Below, in pieces: positions 39,455 through 52,602 of a DNA stretch of 64,000 nucleotides; positions within the stretch are counted from its first letter, which is position 1; every line of letters begins with the position of its first letter. Below the pieces are notes generated by a model, which saw only the letters and a program-made list of their open reading frames with translations, ran no database searches and had not been told where the DNA came from. The stretch comes from Heterodontus francisci (lineage: Eukaryota), in contig NC_090377.1 in assembly GCF_036365525.1 (NCBI RefSeq), positions 115,260,519 to 115,324,518 on the forward strand, in the 5' to 3' direction. A program made the position numbers and the translations under genes.

Positions 39455-40260
39455 CTGCAAGCACTGGGTATTTGCACTGTTTTCCTGGATATTTGCATTG
39501 TTTCCTGGGGTATTTGCACTCTGTTTCCAGGGTTTACCAGGGTAATTGCACTTGGTTTCCTGGGTAATTGCACTCTGTTTCCTGGGGTATTTGCAGTTTC
39601 CCTGGTTAATTGTACTGTGTTTCCCAGGTTATTTGTGTTCTGCTTCCCTGGGTATTTGCACTGTTTCCTGGGGTAATTGCACTTTGTTTCCTAGGGTAAT
39701 TGCAAATTGTTTTTCGGGGTATTTGCACTCTGTTTCCCTGGGTAATCGCACAGTGTTTCCCTGGGTAATTGCACTTTATTTCCTGGGGTAGTTGCACTGT
39801 GGTTTCCTGGGTAATTCCCGGGGCATTTGCACTCTCTTTCCCTGGGTAATTGCACTTTGTTTCCCGGGGTATTTTCACTCTTTTCCCCTTGACGTTTGCA
39901 CTCTGCTTTCTATGGTAATTGCTCTCTGTTTCCGAGGGTGCACTGTGCTTCCCTGGGGCATTTGGACTCCGTTTCAGTCGGTAATTGAACTGTGTTTTCT
40001 CGGGGTAAATGCACTGTGGTTTCCTGGGTATTTGCACTCTATTTCCCCGGGGTAATTGTACTTTGTTTCCCAGGTTATTTGCGTTCTGTTTCCCTGGGTA
40101 TTGCACTCTTTTTCCCAGGGCAGATGCAGTCTGTTTCCAGGGGTATTTGCATTCTAATTCCCGGGGTAAATTCACTGTGTTTCCTCTGGGCAATTGCACT
40201 CTGTTTCTCCGGGATAATGACAATCTGTTTTCTGGGTGTTGTTCAGGGTATTTCCCCGGC
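39455..40260. repeat. Degenerate ~25-bp tandem repeat upstream of the caspase promoter
   Basis: Recurrent tttccctgggta(a/t)ttgcactctg units. Confidence 0.85.
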
Positions 40261-40269
40261 TCCCGGAAC

Positions 40270-40394
40270 CATCACTGCTGCAATGACTCAGCTCTCAGTC
40301 ACCGAACACAAACTTCCGCATCCGATGATGAGGCCGCAGACCGGGCACCGATTCTGGTCGGTTCCGCCGCCGCCGACCCGGTACTCAGGTGAGT
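40270..40394 (+). promoter_or_regulatory. CpG-rich promoter and non-coding first exon of the caspase gene
   Basis: AP-1 TGACTCA 40284-40290, ETS ACTTCCG ~40312, consensus donor CAG|GTGAGT at 40388/40389. Confidence 0.65.
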
Positions 40395-40569
40395 GCTGCT
40401 CGACCGCCGCCGCGACACAAACACAGGGAGCAAATCAGAGCCGCCACGGTCCCGGCCTGTCCCCGATCCGAGGGGCTGGAGCCGGCGGCAATGATACTGA
40501 TACGTTCCGCAACAGCGATACAATGTATCCCCGGCAATGTAACTACTCTCGATCCGGCAACAGTGTAAC

Positions 40570-42285
40570 AGACAGGGTAAATCAGCCAGTATTCCTGCTC
40601 CTGATCACTATCCAGTGATCCCTGAGTTAGAGAGACATGGGAAATCAGCCAGGCTTCCTGCTCCTGATCATTATCCAGTGATCCCTGAGTTAGAGAGAGG
40701 GGAAATCAGCCAGGCTTCCTGCTCCTGATCACTATCCAGTGATCCCTGAGTTGGAGAGAGGGGAAATCAGCCAGTGTTCCTGCTCCTGATCACTATCCAG
40801 TGATCCCTGAGTTAGAGAGAGGGGAAACCAGCCAGTGTTCCTGCTCACTATCCAGTGATCCCTGAGTTAGAGAGACAGGGGAAATCAGGCAGGCGTCCTG
40901 CTCCTGATCACTATCCAGTGATCCCTGAGTTAGAGAGAGGGGAAACCAGCCAGTGTTCCTGCTCCTGATCACTATCCAGTGATCCCTGAGTTAGAGAGAC
41001 AGGGGAAATCAGGCAGGCGTCCTGCTCCTGATCACTATCCAGTGATCCCTGAGTTAGAGAGAGGGGAAATCAGCCAGGCTTCCTGCTCCTGATCACTATC
41101 CAGTGATCCCTGAGTTGGAGAGAGGGGAAATCAGCCAGTGTTCCTGCTCCTGATCACTATCCAGTGATCCCTGAGTTAGAGAGAGGGGAAACCAGCCAGT
41201 GTTCCTGCTCCTGATCACTATCCAGTGATCCCTGAGTTAGAGACAGGGGAAATCAGCCAGGCTTCCTGCTCCTGATCACGATCCAGTGATCTCTGGGTCA
41301 GAGAGACTGGGGAAATCAGCCAATGTTTCTGTTCCTGATCACTGTCAGTGATCCCTGAGTTAGAGAGACATGGGAAATCAGCCAGTGTTCCTGCTCCTGA
41401 TCACTATCAAGTGATCCCTGAGTTTAGTTTAGTTTAGTTTAGAGATACAGCACTGAAACAGGCCCTTCGGCCCACCGAGTCTGTGCCGACCATCAACCAC
41501 CCATTTATACTAATCCTACACTAATCCCATATTCCTACCACATCCCCACCTGTCCCTATATTTCCCTACCACCTACCTATACTAAGGGCAATTTATAATG
41601 GCCAATTTACCTACCAACCTGCAAGTCTTTTGGCTTGTGGGAGGAAACCGGAGCACCCGGACAAAACCCACGCAGACACAGGGAGAACTTGCAAACTCCA
41701 CACAGGCAGGACCCAGAATTGAACCCGGGTCACTGGAGCTGTGAGGCTGCAGTGCTAACCACTGCACCACTGTGCCGCTTAGAGAGAGAGGGGAAATCAG
41801 CCAGTGTTCCTGCTCCTGATCACTGTCCAGTGATCCCTGAGTTAGAGAGACAGGGGAAATCAGCCAGGCTTCCTGCTCCTGATCACTATCCAGTGATCTT
41901 TGGGTCAGAGAGACAGGGGAAATCAGCCAGTGTTCCTGCTCCTGATCACTGTCCAGTGATCCCTGAGTTAGAGATAGACAGGGGAAATCAGCCAGTGTAT
42001 CTGCTCCTGATCACTATCCAGTGATCCCTGAGTTAGAGAGAGACAGGGGAAATCAGCCAGTGTTCCTGCTCCTGATCACTATCCAGTGATCCCTGAGTTA
42101 GAGGGACGGGAAATCAGCCGGGCCTCCTGCTCCTGATCACTATCCAGTGATCCCTGAGTTAGAGAGAGAGGGGAAATCAGCCAGGCCTCCTGCTCCTGAT
42201 CACTGTCTAGTGATCCCTGAGTTAGAGAGACAAGGGAATTCAGCCAGTGTCCCTGCTCAGGATCACTATCCAGTGATCCCTGGGG
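40570..42285. repeat. ~59-63-bp minisatellite filling caspase intron 1
   Basis: Unit gggaaatcagccagtgttcctgctcctgatcactatccagtgatccctgagttagagaga; ~22 copies, split by a SINE. Confidence 0.95.
41422..41778 (-). mobile_element. Full-length HE1-like V-SINE inserted in the minisatellite
   Basis: tRNA head, V-domain, (TAAAC)n tail. Confidence 0.88.
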
Positions 42286-42431
42286 TTGGTGAGATGGGGA
42301 AATATGCCTGGGTGGTGGAGATAGGGTGTGGAAAAGGAAGGGTGTGTTTGTCAGAGTTGGGAGTTCACACGGTCTGTGAAGGGGTTCTAATGCCCATGTA
42401 CTCTCTGCCAATGCAGGCATTTGAAGCCAGG

Positions 42432-42748
42432 ATGGATGACACCAGTTTCCAGTTCCAAGCTCTTCTCAACCACATCAGTGAGAACCTGGGCTCCGATGAA
42501 CTGAAGGCTATGAAGTTTCTTTGCCGAGATTTGTTGAACAGCAACCGGCTTGGAAAGGCTGATTCCGGGCACAAACTCTTCAGCTCTCTGCAAGAGCAGG
42601 GCCTTCTCGATGTGAACGATAACTTCATTGTCGCGGAGCTCCTGTACCGGATCAAACAATTCAAGCTCCTGAAGAAGATGAATTACGACAGACATCAGAT
42701 CTGCAAGGAGCTGAAAGTTCCCGGGAAAGCAAGGATCTCATCATACAG
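42432..42748 (+). CDS. caspase-8/10 coding exon 1 (DED1)
   Basis: MDDTSFQF..LKAMKFLC..AELLYRIKQFKLL..PGKARISSYR; acceptor 42416/42417, donor gtgagt. Confidence 0.93.
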
Positions 42749-43395
42749 GTGAGTTCGATGTTACTCATGGCCGACTGCTAGTTTGCCGACCCTCCTTCAC
42801 ACTCATCTCAGGTGGTTTGCAATGAGGGGAGCTGCTAGGGCTGCCTAAGCTGTGTGACGTCTGGCATTCCCTGCTGCTTCCCACTACAGCTGTCAAATCA
42901 CATGGCCAGCAGTGGTGAGTATTCCCACATCTACAAATGAGCCGATCTCACCAGACACTGAAGCTCCCAATGGAGCAGCGGATTGGGGGAGGGGAACAGG
43001 AGAGAAGGACCACTGTTTAAAACAAAAAGTTACAGTATTTAAACATACCTGTACCTGCCCTGGGAGTGTTTGATGGGACAGTGTAGCGGAAGCTTTCCTC
43101 TGTATCTAACCCTGTGCTGTACCTGCCCTGGAAGTGTTTAATGGGTACAGTGGAAAGGGAGCTTTACTCTGTATCTAATCTGTGCTGCCCTCAGTATGTT
43201 TGATGAGACAGTGAACTGTATGAAAAGTTCTAAACAATATACCTTCACTTTCATTTTTGAAATGGATTTCTAATAGTTGAGTAGTTTTGCACTGAGTCAG
43301 ATTCCTTCTCTGAAGAATTGGAGAGAATTCCATTTGAGCCAGCTTGCTCAGCTGCTGAGACCTGATTTATGTTGTAAACTTGCTTCTAATTGCAG

Positions 43396-43501
43396 ACAGC
43401 TTTTGTTTGAGGTGTCAGAGGATATCACTATGAAGGACTTGGAGACTGTGAAACTTTTCTTGCACAACCATCTATCCAAATCTAAGCTGGAAAGTATCAC
43501 A
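43396..43501 (+). CDS. caspase-8/10 coding exon 2 (DED2 N-half)
   Basis: QLLFEVSEDITMKDLETVKLFLHNHLSKSKLESIT; 106 nt, same size as the CFLAR paralogous exon; donor gtaagt. Confidence 0.92.
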
Positions 43502-43715
43502 GTAAGTGCAATGGGTTGTGTTGTATTTGGTATCTAACACATTCCAGCCTGTATTATCTTGTGTACAGCATAGAATTTTATAGCACAGAGACCACTCAGT
43601 CTATCGCTCCTGCACCTTCTCTGTGAAAGAGCTATCCCCTTAGCTGCATTCCCCTGCCCTTTCCCCATATCTAGTACTTTGTTTTTCACTGAATTTCTTC
43701 TAGAATTTCAAAATT

Positions 43716-44930
43716 AAGAACAAAGAACAAAGAAAATTACAGCACAAGAACAGGCCCTTCGGCCCTCCAAGCCTGCGCCGATCCAGATCCTCTGTCTAAA
43801 CATGTCGCCTATTTTCTAAGGGTCTGTATCTCTTTGCTTCCTGCCCATTCATGTATCTGTCTAGATACATCTTAAAAGACGCTATCGTGCCCGCGTCTAC
43901 CACCTCCGCTGGCAACGCGTTCCAGGCACCCACCACCCTCTGCGTAAAGAACTTTCCACGCATATCCCCCCAAAACTTTTCCCCTCTCACTTTGAACTCG
44001 TGACCCCTAGTAATTGAATCCCCCACTCTAGGAAAAAGCTTCTTGCTATCCACCCTGTCTATACCTCTCATGATTTTGTACACCTCAATTAGGTCCCCCC
44101 TCAACCTCCGTCTTTCTAATGAAAATAATCCTAATCTACTCAACCTCTCTTCATAGCTAGCGCCCTCCATACCAGGCAACATCCTGGTGAACCTCCTCTG
44201 CACCCTCTCCAAAGCATCCACATCCTTTTGGTAATGTGGCGACCAGAACTGCACGCAGTATTCCAAATGTGGCCGAACCAAAGTCTTATACAACTGTAAC
44301 ATGACCTGCCAACCCTTGTACTCAGTACCCCGTCTGATGAAGGAAAGCATGCCGTATGCCTTCTTGACCACTCTATTGACCTGCGTTGCCACCTTCAGGG
44401 AACAATGGACCTGAACACCCAAATCTCTCTGTACATCAATTTTCCCCAGGACTTTTCCATTTACTGTATAGTTCACTCTTGAATTGGATCTTCCAAAATG
44501 CATCACCTCGCATTTGCCCTGATTGAACTCCATCTGCCATTTCTCTGCCCAACTCTCCAATCTATCTATATTCTGCTGTATTCTCTGACAGTCCCCTTCA
44601 CTATCTGCTACTCCACCAATCTTAGTGTCGTCTGCAAACTTGCTAATCAGACCACCTATACTTTCCTCCAAATCATTTATGTATATCACAAACAACAGTG
44701 GTCCCAGCACGGATCCCTGTGGAACACCACTGGTCACACGTCTCCATTTTGAGAAACCCCCTTCCACTGCTACTCTCTGTCTCCTGTTGCCCAGCCAGTT
44801 CTTTATCCATCTCGCTAGTACACCCCGGACCCCATGCGACTTCACTTTCTCCATCAGCCTACCATGGGGAACCTTATCCTTACTGAAGTCCATGTATATG
44901 ACATCTACAGCCCTTCCCTCATCAATCAAC
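43716..44930 (-). mobile_element. Young 5'-truncated CR1 LINE
   Basis: Long open ORF2 C-terminus (SGVPQGSVLGP, FADDTK, RRLRGDL); short tandem tail at ~43716-43735. Confidence 0.92.
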
Positions 44931-45112
44931 ACGCAGATAGGAGGTTTGGTAAACCTTGGGGAGAAGTGTGAAAGATTCCAGGAAGACCACTGGGGTTGGG
45001 GGAATGAGCGAGCCAGGTGGCAGATGCAGTTTAATGTGAAATATATGGAGGAGGAGGAACAAGGAATGAGAGTGTACATTAAATGGAAAGGGACTAGAGG
45101 GTGTGAATGAAC

Positions 45113-46560
45113 AGAGTCATAGAGTTATACAGCACAGAAACAGGCCCTTTGGCCCATCGTGTCTGCGCCGGCCATCAAGCCTATCTATTCTAATCCCATT
45201 TTCCAGCACTTGGCCTGTAGCCTTGTATGCTATAGCGTTTCAAGTGCTCATCTAAATACTTCTTAAAAGTTGTGAGGGTTTCTGCCTCTACCACTCCTTC
45301 AGGCAGTGCGTCCCAGATTCCAACCACCCTCTGGGTGAAAATTTCTTTCCTCAAATCCCCTCTAAACCTCCTGCCCCTTACCTTAAATCTATCCTCAATA
45401 ACCCTTGGCTAATAGAAAAAGTTTCTTCCCATCTACCCTATCTATGCCCCTCATAATTTTGTATACCTCTATCAGGTCTCCTGTCAGCCTTCTCTGCTCT
45501 AAGGAAAATAACCCAAACATGTGCAGTCTCTCTTCATAGCTGAAATGCTCCAGCCCAGGCAACATCCTGGTGAATCTCCTCTGCACCCTCTCCAGTGCAA
45601 TCACATCCTTCCTATAGTGTGGCGACCAGAACTGTACACAGTACTCCAACTGTGGCCTAACTAGCATTTTATACAGCTCCATCATAACCTCCCTGCTCTT
45701 ATATTCTGTGCCTCGGCTAATAAAGGCAAGTGTCCCATATGCCTTCCTAACCATCTTATCTACCTGTGCTGCTGCCTTCAGTGATTTATGGACAAGTACA
45801 CCAAGGTCCCTCTGACCCTCTGTACTTCCTAGGGTCCTACCATCCATTGTATATTCCCTTGCCTTGTTAATCCTCCCAAAATGCATCACCTCACACTTCT
45901 CAGGATTAAACTCCATTTGCCACTGCTCTGTCCATCTTACCAGCCCCTCTATATCGTGCTGTAATCTAAGGCTTTCCTCCTCACTATTTATGACACCACC
46001 AATTTTCGTGTCATCTGCGAACTTACTGATCATACCTCCTATATTCATGTCTAAATCATTAATGTACACTACAAACAGCAAGGTTTCCAGCACCGATCCC
46101 TGCAGTACACCACTAGTCACAGGCTTCCACTCGCAAAAACAACCCTCGACTATCACCCTCTTCCTCTTGCCACTAAGCCAATTTTGGATCCAATTTGCCA
46201 AATTGCCCTGGATCCCATGGGCTCTTACCTTCTTAACCAATCTCCCATGCTGGACCTTATCAAAAGCCTTACTGAAGTCCGTGTAGACTACATCAACTGC
46301 CTTGCCCTCATCTACACATCTAGTCACCTCCTCAAAATTCAATCAAATTTGTCAGACATGATCTCCCCTTGACAAAACCATGCTGACTATCCTTGATTAA
46401 TCCCTGCTTCTCCAAGTGGAGATTAATCCTGTCCCTCAGAATTTTTTCCAGTAGTTTCCCTACCACTGATATTAGACTCACCGGCCTGTAATTACCTGGT
46501 TTATTCCTGCTACCCTTCTTGAATAATGGTACCACATTCACTGCCCTCCCTCTCCTGTAC
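45113..46560 (-). mobile_element. CR1 LINE fragment
   Basis: 315-aa ORF with DFSKAFD, FADDTK; upstream NYRPVSL. Confidence 0.92.
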
Positions 46561-47549
46561 TGGTACCTCTCCTGTGGCCCAAAATAGAGACCCAAAAGTT
46601 CATATACCATAATTCTCTGAAGGGCTGAGTGAAGGGAGATAAAACCATTAACAGAGCAATATCAATTAGGGTTTTTTTGGAGAGTGTAAGAGTTAAGCAG
46701 TAATAAATATATGCCAATTAAATGGTTCGACAAGAGTTTGAGTACTGTGTATAGTTTTTGGTGTCCCATTATAGAAAGGACATTAAGATTATGGAGACAG
46801 TATAATGTGGATTCACTAGGATGATGCCAGGAATGGGAGACTATAGTAATGAGAGACCAGAGACAATTGGACTGTTTCCATCAGAGCAGAGAAAGCTAAG
46901 AGGATATGTAATTGAACTTTTTAAAATTAATGAATGATTTTGTTAGAGTGAATAAGGAAAGACAATTTGTTCTGTTTGAAGAGTCAGTGATGAGGGGTCA
47001 TCAATTTAAAACTGACTTAGAATGAGGAGGGAGGGAGAAGAGCTTCCTTTGTACCGAGGGTTGGTGTATGGGCTTCTTTGCCCCAGGAAGTGGTTGAGGC
47101 AGAAACCATTGCATCTGATCTACATTGACTGTGCAGTCTCAAAGTCGTCAATTTAAAATACTCATCCTCTTGTTCAAATCTTTCCATGACCCTGCCCAGC
47201 CCTATCTCCCAAACCGAAGTCCTACAACTTGTCCTGACTCTCCCTTCCAAACTCTGGCCTTTTCTGCTTCTCTCCTCCCTCTCACTCCGCTATTGGTGGC
47301 TGCGCCTTGAGCTGCCTGGGCCCCAAGTTCCGGAAGTCCCTCCCCACTCCGCCTCTCTATCTCCCTTGTCTCCTTTAACACCATTCACAAAAGCCATCTT
47401 TTAGACCAAGCTTTTGGTTACCCCTCCTACTTTGCTTTTGTACAATCAAAAAATTACTGTTTATATTTAACATTGAGATGTTAATATATCTTTGTCTGAT
47501 TAACCCTTCACTAACAGTTTGTAGTGTAACTGTGATGCCTCTCCCTCAG

Positions 47550-47682
47550 ACAATGCTGGATGCCTTCATTGAAATGGAGAAGGAGGAATTGCTGGAAGAA
47601 GATAATATGGAGCTTCTGAAGGACATCTGCAAGCAACTTGGAGAGTATTTAGTGAAGAAGTTTGATCATTACAGACAGGAAG
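47550..47682 (+). CDS. caspase-8/10 coding exon 3 (DED2 C-half)
   Basis: TMLDAFIEMEKEELLEEDNMELLKDICKQL; ctcag|..|gtaatg. Confidence 0.92.
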
Positions 47683-47929
47683 GTAATGGCCATTGAGCTC
47701 AGCCTAGTGTATGACTGGGGGAAATGTGGAGAATGGTCTGTGAGCATGAGTCTGTGGCCACGACAATGCAAATTACAACACCCCAATTCACTTCCTTAAA
47801 GAGAAGCTCCCTTTCTGCTGTGTGATATAGATTGGTGATTTCATTTAATCGGCCAGCTCTGATTGACTCCCACCTCAATCCTGCCCCCTTATTCCCAGAG
47901 TCCAAACTCTCCAGGGGTAACGAACCACT

Positions 47930-50320
47930 CAGCCCTTTGAGCCTGATCCATCATTCAATAAGTTCATTGGTGAACTGATTACTCCACATTTCCATCTACC
48001 CCCAATAACCTTTCACCCGCTTGCTTATCAATAATCTATCTACCTCTGCCTTAAAAATATTCAAAGACTCTGCTTCCACCGCCTTTTGAGGAAGAGAATT
48101 CTAAAGACTCACGACCCTCTGAGAGAACAAATTTCTCCTCATCTCAGTCTTAAATGGGCGACCCCTTTTTAAACAATGACCCCTAGTTCGAGATTCTCCC
48201 ACAAGGGGAAACATACTTTCCGCATCCACCCTGTCAAGACCCCACAGGATCGTTTATGTTTCAATCAAGTCGCCTCTTACTTTTCTAAATTCCAGCGGAT
48301 ACAAGCCTAGCCTGTCCAATCTTTTCTCATAAGACAGCCTGCCCATTCCAGGTATCAGTCTAATAAACATTCTCTGAACTGCCTCCAATGCATTTACATC
48401 CTTCCTTAAATAAGGAGACCAGTCCTGTACACAGTACTCCAGATGTGGTCTCACCAATGCCCTGTATAACTGAAGCATAACCTCCCTACTTTTGTATTCA
48501 ATTCCCCTCATGATAAACAATAACATTTATTTTATTTATTTAGAGATACAGCATTGAAACAGGCCCTTCGGCCTACTGAGTCTGTGCCAACCAACAACCA
48601 CCCATTTATACTAATCCTACAGTAATCCCATATTCCCTACCACCTACCTACACTAGGGGCAATTTATAATGGCCAATTTACCTATCACCTGCAAGTCTTT
48701 GGTTGTGGGAGGAAACCAGAGCACTCGGCGAAAACCCGCACAGTCACAAGGAGAACTTGCAAACTCCGCACAGGCAGTATCCAGAATTGAACACGGGTCC
48801 CTGGAGCTGTGAGGCTGCGGTGCTAACCACTGCGCCACCCAAATAACATTCTATTAGCTTTCCTAATTACTTGCTGTACCTGCATACTAACCTTTTGCAA
48901 TTCATGCATTAGGACACCCAGATCCCTCTGTATTTCAGAGCTCTGCAATCTCTCACCATTTAGATAATATGCTTTTTTAAAATTCTTCCTGCCAAAGTGG
49001 ACAATTTCCCACTTTCCCACTTTATGCTCCATGTGCCAGGTCTTTGCCCACTCACTTATCCTATCTATATACCTTTGTGGTCCCCTTATACCTTCTTCAC
49101 AAGTTACTTTCCTACCTATCTTTGTGTCATCAGCAAATTTAGCAACCATACCTTGGGTCCCTTCATCTAAGTCATTGATATAAATTGTGAAAATTTGAGG
49201 CCCCAGCACAGATCCCTGTGGCACACCACTCGTTACATCTTGCCAAACAGAAAATGACCCATTTATACCTACCCTCTGTTTCCTGTTAGCCAGCCAATCT
49301 TCTGTCCATGCCAATATGTTACCCCCTACACTATAAACTTTTATTTTCTGCAATAACCTTTGATGTGGCACCTTATCAAATGCCTTCTGGAAATCTAAGT
49401 ACAATACATCTACTGGTTCCCCTTTATCCACAGCACATGTAACTCCCTCAAAGAACTCCAGTAAATTGGTTAAACATGATTTCCCTTTCACAAAACCATG
49501 TTGACTCTGCCTGATTACCTTGATTTTTTCTAAATGCCCTGCTATAACGTCTTTAATAATAGCTTCTAACATTTTCCCTGAGACAGATGTTAAGCTAACT
49601 GGCCTGTAGTTTCCTGCATTCTGTCTTCCTCCCTTTTTGAATAAACAAGTTACATTTGCTATTTTCCAATCTAACGGAACTTTTCCCGAATCTAGGGAAT
49701 TTTGGAAAATTAAAACTAACACATCAACTATCTCACTAGCCACTTCTTTTAACACTCTGGGATGAAGTCCATCAGGACCCGGGGACTTGCAGCCCGCAGC
49801 TCCAACAATTTGTTCAGTACCACTTCCCTGGTGATTGTAATTTTCTTGAGTTCCTCTCTCCCTTCCATTTCCCGAATTACACCTAATACTGGGATGTTAC
49901 TTGTATCATCAATAGTGAAGACCGATGCAAGATATCTGTTCAATTCATTTGTCATCTTCTAATTATCCATTATTAATTCCCCAGACTCATTTTCTATAGG
50001 ACCAATGCTCACTTTGTTAACCCTTTTCTTTTTAAAATATCTATAGAAGCTCTTACTATCTGTTTTTATATTTCTAGCTTGCTTTCTTTTGTACTGTAAT
50101 TTTACCTTCTTTATCAATCTTTTAGTCATTCTTTGCTGTTTTTTATATTCTGTCCAATTCTCTGACCGACCTTCCATCTTTGCGCATTATAGGCTTTTTC
50201 TTTAAGTTTGATATTATCTTTAACTGTTTTAGTTAACCACGGATGGTGGGTCCCACCCGTGGAATTTTTCTTTCTCATTGAAATGTATCTATTCTGCGTA
50301 TTCTGAAATATCCCCTTAAA
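47930..50320 (-). mobile_element. CR1 LINE fragment split by a V-SINE
   Basis: 310-aa RT ORF (NYRPVSL, DFQKAFD, FADDTK) continuing at 48254-48526. Confidence 0.92.
48528..48841 (-). mobile_element. HE1-like V-SINE with 9-bp TSD
   Basis: TSD AATAACATT at 48519-48527 and 48842-48850; (TAAA)n tail. Confidence 0.88.
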
Positions 50321-50384
50321 TGGTAGTTGGGGGGGGGGGGGGTGGTTTCTCAGTTGGCCTCAGTTCCAGCTTGCAGGGGGCAGC

Positions 50385-51140
50385 GGCCAGTGGATGGTGG
50401 GAGGGTAAGCGGATGGTGGTCAGTAGGCAGCGGGTAGTGGATGGTGGTCAGTAGGGGGCAGTGGATGGCGGTCAGTAGGCAGGGGGCAGTGGATGGTAGG
50501 TAGCGGATGGCGGTCAGTGGGGAGCAGGCAGTGGATGGTGGTCAGTAGGCAGTGAGCAGTGGATGGTGGGCAGGTTAAGCGGATGGCAGTCAGTAGGCAG
50601 GGAGCAGGTTAAATGGATGGCGGTCAGTAGGCAGCGGGTAGTGGATGGTGGGCAGGTTTGGATGGCAGTCAGTAGGCAGTGAACAGTGGATGGTGGGCAG
50701 GTTAAGCGGATGGTGGTCAGCGGGCAGTGGATGGTGGGCAGGTTAAGCGGATGGTGGTCAGTAGGCAGTGAGCACTGGATGGTGAGCAGGTTAAGCGGAT
50801 GGTGGTCAGCAGGCAGTGGATGCTGAGCAGGTTAAGCGGATGGTGGTCAGCAGGCAGTGGATGGTGAGCAGGTTAAGCGGATGGTAGTCAACGGGCAGTG
50901 GATGGTGAGCAGGTTAAGCAGATGGTAGTCAACGGGCAGTGGATGGTGGGCAGGTTAAGCGGATGGTAGTCAACGGGCAGTGGATGCTGAGCAGGTTAAG
51001 CGATGGTGGTCAGCAGGCAGTGGATGGTGGGCAGGTTAAGCGATGGTGGTCAGCGGGCAGTGGATGGTGGGCAGGGTAAGCGGATGGTGGTCAGCAGGCA
51101 GGGCAGGTGGCTCATGGTGAGTGCTGGACAGTGGGCAGGG
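50385..51140. repeat. ~40-bp degenerate minisatellite
   Basis: gtggatggtgggcaggttaagcggatggtggtcagcaggca units. Confidence 0.9.
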
Positions 51141-51691
51141 TCGTCCACGAGACGGGCAGTGGTTCCAACCTTCCGTTCAAAATGGCTAAAGAGAGCAACA
51201 AAGATCAGTGACAGCTCACAACAGACCCCGGCACTCTACTCCTCTCCTACAAACATATGATTTTGGAGCAGGAGTAGGCCATTCAGCCCCTTCGAGCCTG
51301 CTTTGCCATTTAACAAGATCATGGCTGATCTGATAATGGCCTCAACTCCACTTTCCTACTATTGCCTACCCCCAATACCCTTAGAATCCCTTGTTAGTCA
51401 AGAATTTATCTACCTCAGCCTCCACCCCTCCCCGCCCCTTTCCTGTCCTCTTCCCTCTCCTCTCCTTTCTCCTCTCCAGGGCCCAGATGGGCTCTATACA
51501 GATCTAGTATTTGGGGCCGTTCCTTCTGTGTCTGCACTGTATTCGACTTCTGGAAATCAATGGGTGCTGGGTCTGACTGTAGGAACAACTACTCCCCACT
51601 CGAGATCCCCTACCCTAGCACAGATGGATAGTTTATATCTAAACTTGTAACTCTGCGGCCCTGTTGCTGATCTGTTCCTTTATTAATTCAG

Positions 51692-51783
51692 CAAGCGGGC
51701 AGGGTGAGAAATCTTCTCCGGTGCTGACTCCGACTCCCGAGACTGCCCCTTATGTTGTGATTCCTCGAGAGCCACCATATGTT
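51692..51783 (+). CDS. caspase-8/10 linker exon 4
   Basis: ttcag| ASGQGEKSSPVLTPTPETAPYVVIPREPPYV |gtcagt; phase 1 to 0. Confidence 0.6.
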
Positions 51784-51854
51784 GTCAGTATGCCTCATGC
51801 TCGTTGTGCTGTTAAGAATGGCTCATGTTCAGGGTGCACAATCTGACTAAGGGG

Positions 51855-52455
51855 ACAGGCACCAACCATGAGTTCAGTGAGAACCTTTATAAAGCTCTGG
51901 TTTGTCCCAGACTGGAGTATTGTGCCCATTTCTGGTAACCACACTTTAGGAAGGATCTGAGGGTCCTTGGGAGGGTGGAGAGGAGATTTACCAGAATGAT
52001 TCCAGGGATGAGGAATTTTAGCTACAAGGTTAGGTTGGAGAAGCTGGGGTTGCAATCCCTGGAGCAAAGGAGATTGAGGGGAGATTTGATAGAAGTGTAC
52101 AAGATTATGATAGGCTTAGATAAGATAGACAAATAAAAGCTGTTTCCATTAGTTGATGGTACCAGGATTAGGGGCCATCGATTTGTGGTTCTGGGCAAGA
52201 GATACATAGGGGATGTGAGGAAGACCTTTTTATGCAGCGAGTGGTAATGGCTGGAACTCGCTGTCCAGGATGGTGGTGGAAGTGAAGATGATGAATGATT
52301 TCAAAAGGAAACTGGATGAACACTTGAGGGAAATAAACTTGCAGGGCTATGGGGATAGAGTGGGGGAATGGGACTGATTGGATTGTTCTGCAGAGAGACA
52401 GCATGGATTTTATGGGCCAAATGGCCGCTTCCTGTGCTGTAATGACTCTGAGAGG
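51855..52455 (+). mobile_element. CR1 LINE 3' fragment
   Basis: LEYC..FW.PH..RRLRGDLIEVYK motifs. Confidence 0.8.
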
Positions 52456-52602
52456 AGGAGGCAATATGAGAAGAGGAGAGCTTTGGGGAGGAAATGTGGT
52501 TGGAGGTGGAGGGAGTGGTTGGGTGGGGGGATGGGGATAATGAGGGTAGGGACTGGTAAGGGATGCAAGATGCTAACAACAGGCCCCTCCCATGCACTCT
52601 AT

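Noticed and set aside
39407-40618. Hydrophobic Cys-rich ORFs resembling membrane proteins
   Set aside because: Derived from the degenerate ~25-bp tandem repeat
41700-41778. tRNA gene
   Set aside because: tRNA-like A/B boxes are the head of a V-SINE
43796-46610. Long RT ORFs as domesticated genes
   Set aside because: Ordinary 5'-truncated CR1 copies, antisense in an intron, without endonuclease or promoter
47683-47696. DED-only caspase isoform by read-through (GNGH*)
   Set aside because: Donor is reasonably strong and no nearby poly(A) signal was seen
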